From an uncultured Chryseobacterium sp. (GTDB taxonomy: Bacteria; Bacteroidota; Bacteroidia; Palsa-965): 60,654 nt of DNA. Made by a program: the position numbers and the translations under genes. This document shows, one piece after another, positions 55,595 through 60,654 of this stretch (position 1 is its first letter; each line of letters opens with the position of its first letter). The stretch spans positions 1-60,654 of the forward strand of contig CAYUTR010000001.1 in assembly GCA_964447465.1 (NCBI GenBank), given 5' to 3'. Below the pieces are notes generated by a model. It did not search any database and was not told the DNA's origin. It was given only the letters and a program-made list of their open reading frames with translations.

Positions 55595-55702
55595 ATTTGC
55601 AATTCTGCGACGCACTTCGACAAGCTCAGTGCAAGCTCCGGATCAACGCAGGTAATCCTGTTCTTTTCGTTTAGCCCGTGCACACTACCACATTGGCAAA
55701 TT

Positions 55703-56995
55703 CTACAACGCTTCTGCAACCACAAAAGTTGAACCTCCCACGAAGATGAGGTCGTTCTTGCTTGCTTGATCTTTCGCTGCCTTCAGCGCTTTTTTGACAT
55801 TCGCGAACGCTGCACCTTTCAATCCGAATTCTCCGGCTGCAACCTGTAATTCTTCCGCGTTCATAGCTCTCGGAAGGTCGAAGCTGCAGAAATAGTACTG
55901 TGCGTTCTTTGGAAGCAACGCAAGAATCTTCCCGGGATCTTTATCGTTCACTACACCAATAACCATGTGCAGTTTTTTGAAAGCTGTGCGTTTAAGCTGT
56001 GCAACAATTTCCTGCACTCCACCCTCGTTGTGACCGGTGTCTGCAATCACCGGCGGATTTCTTCCAATCGTTTGCCAACGTCCAAGGAGTCCGGTTGTTT
56101 CTGCAACATCACGAAATCCTTTTCGCATCGCGAGATCATCTACATTCCAGCCGAGACGTTTCATTTCATCGAGCACAGCAATTACTGTCACGAAATTTTT
56201 CTTCTGGTATTCGCCGATGAGTGAAGAGCGCAACGTAACGCGGAAACCTGTTCTTCCACCCACGTCACAAACAACGTGCGGAGAAGGAACATCACTCACA
56301 TCCCATTTACGGATAGAGAAAACTTTATCAGCAAAAGTAATTGGTGCTTTCAGTGATGCCGCTTTCGTTACAAACACGTGAGAAATATCTGGTTGCGATT
56401 CTCCAATGATCACCGGCACATCGCGCTTGATGATTCCCGCTTTCTCTTTCGCGATTTTCTCCAGCGTATTGCCGAGAATGTTCATGTGATCGTAAGAGAT
56501 GTTCGTGATCACCGAAACTTCCGGAAGCAGAACATTCGTGGAATCGAGTCGTCCGCCTAATCCGGTTTCAACTATAGCGATGTCAACTTTCTTTTCGCGG
56601 AAATGATGAAACGCCAGCCCAACTGTCCACTCGAAAAACGAGAGATCAATTTTTTCGAAATCGTTTTTGTACTGCTCTACGAACGCAACTACTTCATCTT
56701 TGCTGATCATTTTTCCGTTCACACGAATGCGCTCGCGGAAATCTTTCAGGTGAGGAGAAGTGTACAGTCCGGTTTTGTATCCTGCAGCCTGCAACACGCT
56801 CGCAAGCAAATGGGAAGTTGAACCCTTCCCATTTGTACCTGCGATGTGAATGCTTTTGAAACTTTCTTCCGGATTGCCCAGCAACTTACAAAGTGCAATG
56901 GTATTCGAAAGATCTGCTTTGTATGCGGCAGGACCGATGCGTTGAAACATCGGCAGACGGCTGTATAAATAATCCAGCGTCTGTTGATACGTCAC
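55703..56995 (-). CDS. folC: bifunctional folylpolyglutamate synthase / dihydrofolate synthase
   Basis: YLYSRLPMFQRIG, HIAGTNGKGSTS (P-loop), TSPHL, ETGLGGRLDSTN and GHNEGG are Mur-ligase/FolC signatures. Confidence 0.9.
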   Translation of the reverse strand: MTYQQTLDYLYSRLPMFQRIGPAAYKADLSNTIALCKLLGNPEESFKSIHIAGTNGKGSTSHLLASVLQAAGYKTGLYTSPHLKDFRERIRVNGKMISKDEVVAFVEQYKNDFEKIDLSFFEWTVGLAFHHFREKKVDIAIVETGLGGRLDSTNVLLPEVSVITNISYDHMNILGNTLEKIAKEKAGIIKRDVPVIIGESQPDISHVFVTKAASLKAPITFADKVFSIRKWDVSDVPSPHVVCDVGGRTGFRVTLRSSLIGEYQKKNFVTVIAVLDEMKRLGWNVDDLAMRKGFRDVAETTGLLGRWQTIGRNPPVIADTGHNEGGVQEIVAQLKRTAFKKLHMVIGVVNDKDPGKILALLPKNAQYYFCSFDLPRAMNAEELQVAAGEFGLKGAAFANVKKALKAAKDQASKNDLIFVGGSTFVVAEAL

Positions 56996-57810
56996 TTCGT
57001 GAGTGTGAAGTTAAATGTGATCACGCACTGCACTATTTCCGGACGATCATCGTCTGAATTGAAAATCACCTTGTATGCAGATTGTGTTGCGGTAGATTTC
57101 AGAATTGGATTTCCCGTGGTTGATCCGGCGTTCACCGCTTCCGCTTTGGTAACCTTTCCAGTGCGATCAACAGAAACGCGTACGGCAACAGCTCCTTCTT
57201 CCTGAGTTGGATTTGATACATCCGGAGAAAACTGAATGCGTATGGTTTTGTTGGAGCCGGTTCCGCCTTGTCCGGGAATACCGCCATCACCAGGACCAAC
57301 GCCCGGTCCATTGTCATTGCCAATACCACCCGAACTATACGGTCCTGAACCTTGTCCTCCGTTCATGTTGACTGCGGTATTGTTTTTCTTGTTCTTCATT
57401 TTGTCGAGGAGCTTTTGAGTCTCATCGCTTACTGAAGCTTTGTCAGATCCCGGAGTTGGATGAGCTGGTGAATAGGCTGCATCCGAATTTTCGTTGGTAA
57501 TTGCACCGGGACTAGAAGGATTTGCATCGTTTGGTGTTGGTTCAGAGTTCTGTGAACCCGCATGACCGGTATTGCCTTGTGAGCCTCCGCCCATTTCCTG
57601 ATTGGTTCCTCCTTCGAGGGCGCCTAAATCGAATAACTCCATTGTTGGTGTTTCTACATCCGGCGGAATAGGTGGAATCGGCGTATAGATTTTAATGAAC
57701 CAAAGTAAGAGCAATAATAATATAGCGAATCCCAAAGTAATCAGCCCCGCGGTAGTGTGGGCTCGTTTGTCTACCGTCGGCATCTGGAAATCTACAACTG
57801 CGCTTGGCAT
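56992..57810 (-). CDS. energy transducer TonB-family protein
   Basis: N-terminal TM LITLGFAILLLLLLWF, a Pro/Gly-rich linker, and a C-terminal beta-alpha-beta domain (GAVAVRVSVDRTGKVTKAE). 4-nt overlap with folC. Downstream of exbB-exbD. Confidence 0.65.
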   Translation of the reverse strand: MPSAVVDFQMPTVDKRAHTTAGLITLGFAILLLLLLWFIKIYTPIPPIPPDVETPTMELFDLGALEGGTNQEMGGGSQGNTGHAGSQNSEPTPNDANPSSPGAITNENSDAAYSPAHPTPGSDKASVSDETQKLLDKMKNKKNNTAVNMNGGQGSGPYSSGGIGNDNGPGVGPGDGGIPGQGGTGSNKTIRIQFSPDVSNPTQEEGAVAVRVSVDRTGKVTKAEAVNAGSTTGNPILKSTATQSAYKVIFNSDDDRPEIVQCVITFNFTLTK

Positions 57811-57816
57811 GGTATA

Positions 57817-58215
57817 TTATTTTGAGGGGTTTACCGATAACGCAAATTTTATTTTCAGGTTGGCGCCGATCTGCATCACATCGGCAACGTCCTGAACTGT
57901 CAGTGTTTTATCCATGAACAGAATAACACTCTTGGTTTCTTTCGCGTTCGTCTCTGCTAATAAAATAGGTTCGAGCTGATCGAATGTTACAGGAGCATTA
58001 TTCACATAGAAATTATGTTGTGCATCAACCGCCAGAGTAACCGTTCCTTTCGTAAGTGGTGACGTATCTCTCGAACTCGGTGGATCCAGATTAATCATAT
58101 TCGGATTCACCAACGTTGAAATGATAATGAAGAACAACAACAGGAAGAACATGATATCGTTCAACGAGTCTGTAAAGACTTCAGCACCCTCTTTATTTTT
58201 TCGGCGGAGATTCAT
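57817..58215 (-). CDS. exbD: biopolymer transporter ExbD/TolR
   Basis: 132 aa. DIMFFLLLFFIIIST TM segment followed by a periplasmic domain (VILFMDKTLTVQDVADVM). Confidence 0.8.
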   Translation of the reverse strand: MNLRRKNKEGAEVFTDSLNDIMFFLLLFFIIISTLVNPNMINLDPPSSRDTSPLTKGTVTLAVDAQHNFYVNNAPVTFDQLEPILLAETNAKETKSVILFMDKTLTVQDVADVMQIGANLKIKFALSVNPSK

Positions 58216-58232
58216 GGGAATGTCGCGTTAAA

Positions 58233-58961
58233 TTATTTAGAAGGCTCGTTGATCGTATCGAGGAACTCCAGACTGCATCGCTCGATTTTCTTCGCGATGT
58301 TGTCGACCATTGTGTTCAGGAAGTGGTAAAATATAAATGCGATTACTCCGATAACAAGACCAGCACCTGATGAAACCATTTTCTGGTAGAGGCCGCCGGA
58401 AATTGATTTGATACTGATATCACCGGAAAGTGATATATCATAAAAAATGGTAACAACACCTGCGATGGTACCGATGAATCCCAACATAGGCGCAATACGA
58501 GCAGTCATGCTGATGATGTGCAGGTTCTTTTCTACGCGTGCAATTTCTGTTCTGCCGTGAGTCTCCATCGCTTCTGTAATCTCGCGGCCAGGTTTTCCAA
58601 GACGGGATATTCCTTTCTCAATTGTACGTGATACAGGCGAATTCGTTGCGCGACAGAGTTCGCGTGCCGAATCAATTTTTCCGGAAAGGAGATAATCCTT
58701 GATGTTGTGCATGAAGTGACGATCCAGCTTTCCAGCTTTCGAGATGACAATAATTCGTTCGATGGCGAAGTAGAGAGTCAGCAAAAGAAGAAGCAGTAGC
58801 GGTATCATTACCCAGCCACCTTTCATCACGAGTTCCATTGGAGTGATTGCAACTTCTGCAACGCCCGGGGCAGCTGCGGTTGGAACTACAGTGTTTGTAG
58901 CAACAGTTGCTGCCGAATCAGTAGCAGGATTGGTAATCTGAAGGAGAATGTAATTTAGCAT
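58233..58961 (-). CDS. exbB: MotA/TolQ/ExbB proton-channel protein
   Basis: Three TM helices. IARVEKNLHIISMTARIAPMLGFIGTIAGV is the conserved ExbB core. Confidence 0.85.
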   Translation of the reverse strand: MLNYILLQITNPATDSAATVATNTVVPTAAAPGVAEVAITPMELVMKGGWVMIPLLLLLLLTLYFAIERIIVISKAGKLDRHFMHNIKDYLLSGKIDSARELCRATNSPVSRTIEKGISRLGKPGREITEAMETHGRTEIARVEKNLHIISMTARIAPMLGFIGTIAGVVTIFYDISLSGDISIKSISGGLYQKMVSSGAGLVIGVIAFIFYHFLNTMVDNIAKKIERCSLEFLDTINEPSK

Positions 58962-59155
58962 CGAACGTTGTCTTAGATATATAACGTGGATTATCCTTCG
59001 AAATTATCTAAACAAAAAGGCTCCCGGGGAAGGCCCTGAGCCGATTGTCAACACTTGCGTGTTGATTCCCCCGGAAGCTACAGTGCAGTGTCTAGCATGC
59101 TGCACCTGTCGCGCGACAATCATCTCCTGATTTTACTCAGGAAATTCCATTAAGC

Positions 59156-59956
59156 TTAGTGGGATAGCTGAAACCTGATCGGTTTACGCATAATGAAGTC
59201 CACGAGCTCACCCTTGTCGTCTTTCGCGGGTGTCCACTTCGGCATTACGCTCATTACGCGCAACGCTTCCCTGTTCATCGCAGCGTGTGCGGGAATAACC
59301 ACCTTCACATCACGATAACTTCCTCTTGTGTCCACAATGAACTCAACGTACACTACTCCTTCAATGCCTTGTTCGCGGCACATATCGGGATAACGTATGT
59401 TTTTCATCAGGTAAGCATCTAGTTCAGGACATGTTGGTGGATACATACACCAGTCCACAATGCGGATCGGCACAGAATCTTGCTTCGGGCAATTTAAACA
59501 CTCACCCGGGTTAAGATTCGGATTCACCGGACCAGTTCCTCCGACAACACCATCAGGAGCTTTTCCAGTTTCGAGATGTTCAGGAGGTGTGGTTTCGGCT
59601 TCTTCAACCACTTCAACCTCCGCTGTCAGGTCAGGAGTTTTCGCTCCTTTGTCGGGAGGAGTTTGTACTTCATTCTCCTGCTTCGGTTGTTCCGGTTGCT
59701 TCGGTAATTTCGGATCACCCGGATCCATTGGCGGAAGTTCAATTACATCAACTCTGTATCTATCTGGTCCATGCTCAGGTGTTGCCACGTAAGCCCACGT
59801 AATAGTACCACAGGTGAAGAAAAGAATTGCACAGGCTCCGGCAACCAATGCGTAGCGTCCATACGTACGCCGGATTTGATACGCTCCATACTTCTTGTTT
59901 CTCTTTTCGAAAACAATGTCGTTGAAGCTTTGTGAAAGGACAAATTTGTTATCCAT
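59156..59956 (-). CDS. energy transducer TonB (second copy)
   Basis: The N-terminus FEKRNKKYGAYQIRRTYGRY is typical of Bacteroidota TonB. Pro/Glu/Lys linker (PKLPKQPEQPKQE). C-terminal GIEGVVYVEFIVDTRGSYRDVKVV is a TonB_C domain. Confidence 0.8.
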   Translation of the reverse strand: MDNKFVLSQSFNDIVFEKRNKKYGAYQIRRTYGRYALVAGACAILFFTCGTITWAYVATPEHGPDRYRVDVIELPPMDPGDPKLPKQPEQPKQENEVQTPPDKGAKTPDLTAEVEVVEEAETTPPEHLETGKAPDGVVGGTGPVNPNLNPGECLNCPKQDSVPIRIVDWCMYPPTCPELDAYLMKNIRYPDMCREQGIEGVVYVEFIVDTRGSYRDVKVVIPAHAAMNREALRVMSVMPKWTPAKDDKGELVDFIMRKPIRFQLSH

Positions 59957-60532
59957 AACGATCTGTTTTTATCAGGTTAAACATTACTGTTTACAGTTGC
60001 TCGGGGAAAGCTAACTGTCCTGTATCTCGATCCAGGGTGTGCACTTAGTTGCGAAGGATGTAGGGATGCAACTTTATGTAAGAACCAGGTCAGGAGTAGA
60101 ATCAGATCATAGATGTAGTTAGATGTGCGTTTCCATAAGTTCACCGTTATTAAGTTCACTGTTCACCGTTTTATGGTTTGAAGTTCGTGGGGTAATCTGA
60201 AACTGCGAACTGCAAGCATGCAACGATGACTGATAAGAAGAACTTAAAGAACGGTGAACTATTATAACTGTGTAACTGTGAACTTTCACTTTGTTTAACG
60301 CAACGTTACGATGGTAGTTACGATCAAACTACATGCTTTTGGTAAGTGGTGAATGCGAAGAAGCAAGTGGAAATCGGAGAGAAAACCACTTGTGTGATGA
60401 AACAAACCAGTGGTCAGCCTGAAACTTCCGGTGAAAGAAGTGAGCAGTACGACGCTGCTCCGATGATTGGGAATGAGGCGTACTACTGTACGTCGATTGA
60501 CCAATCGAGGAGACAAGGAAGTAATGCGAAAC

Positions 60533-60654
60533 TTATTTCGACGGAAGCAATTTGTTCAGCGCGATGCGAAATGCCGCTTGTGCAATACCTGTTTTGGAAG
60601 AATGTGTGTGGTGAGTTTCTTTTAGCGCATCGCCAATCACACGCGATACATCAG
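60533..60654 (-). CDS. C-terminal end of an unidentified gene (5' part beyond right edge)
   Basis: My reverse translation, ...DVSRVIGDALKETHHTHSSKTGIAQAAFRIALNKLLPSK-stop, is open to the window edge. Only 40 codons are visible. Confidence 0.3.
   Translation of the reverse strand, partial: DVSRVIGDALKETHHTHSSKTGIAQAAFRIALNKLLPSK

Noticed and set aside
60290-60530. Cobalamin riboswitch or SRP RNA
   Set aside because: There is only a loose resemblance (CCACTGG, CCGGTGAAAGAAG...GAGCAG). The conserved B12 box and the SRP domain IV motif are not intact.
1-60654. CRISPR arrays, rRNA genes, IS elements/transposases, reverse transcriptases
   Set aside because: None were seen. The only tandem repeats are the 7-8-nt ATCGGNA(T) blocks and the 21-nt in-frame heptad repeat. 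No DDE, IS-type or RT motifs were noticed in any ORF translation.

Overview
This is a Bacteroidota-type chromosome segment, judged from T9SS C-terminal sorting domains, TAnnTTTG promoter boxes and an exbB-exbD-tonB-folC block. Host core genes lie at 1-15.2 kb (ECF sigma/anti-sigma, purT, dprA, a TonB-dependent receptor, gpmI, a histidine kinase) and at 55.6-60.7 kb (folC, tonB, exbD, exbB, tonB). Between them sits a ~40.3-kb integrated element (about 15221-55525). It has split a tRNA-Val(UAC) gene inside its anticodon loop, leaving the 5' half at 15188-15227 and the 3' half at 55519-55560. A tyrosine integrase sits at the right end, a shared 16-nt repeat lies inside both ends, and a complete replacement tRNA-Val lies just inside attL. 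The cargo falls into five blocks. (i) A minus-strand block of T9SS-secreted proteins including an S8 subtilase. (ii) A TPR-like protein, a 917-bp structured noncoding leader, and a plus-strand cassette of PRTase-like / NADAR / PD-(D/E)xK nuclease / wHTH-like genes; this cassette is my top candidate for an undescribed conflict (defence or counter-defence) system. (iii) A 2071-aa C5-MTase + N6-MTase + strawberry-notch-like helicase fusion, followed by a RadA/Sak4-like ATPase. (iv) 18 co-directional small, membrane-rich ORFs (lysozyme, PG-binding, annexin-like, transglutaminase-like) with no tailed-phage hallmark genes. (v) Xis-like HTH genes, a possible RteC-like gene, and the integrase. All functional calls come from motif recognition by eye on the supplied translations. 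No database search, HMM or folding program was run, so family assignments are hypotheses with the stated confidence.
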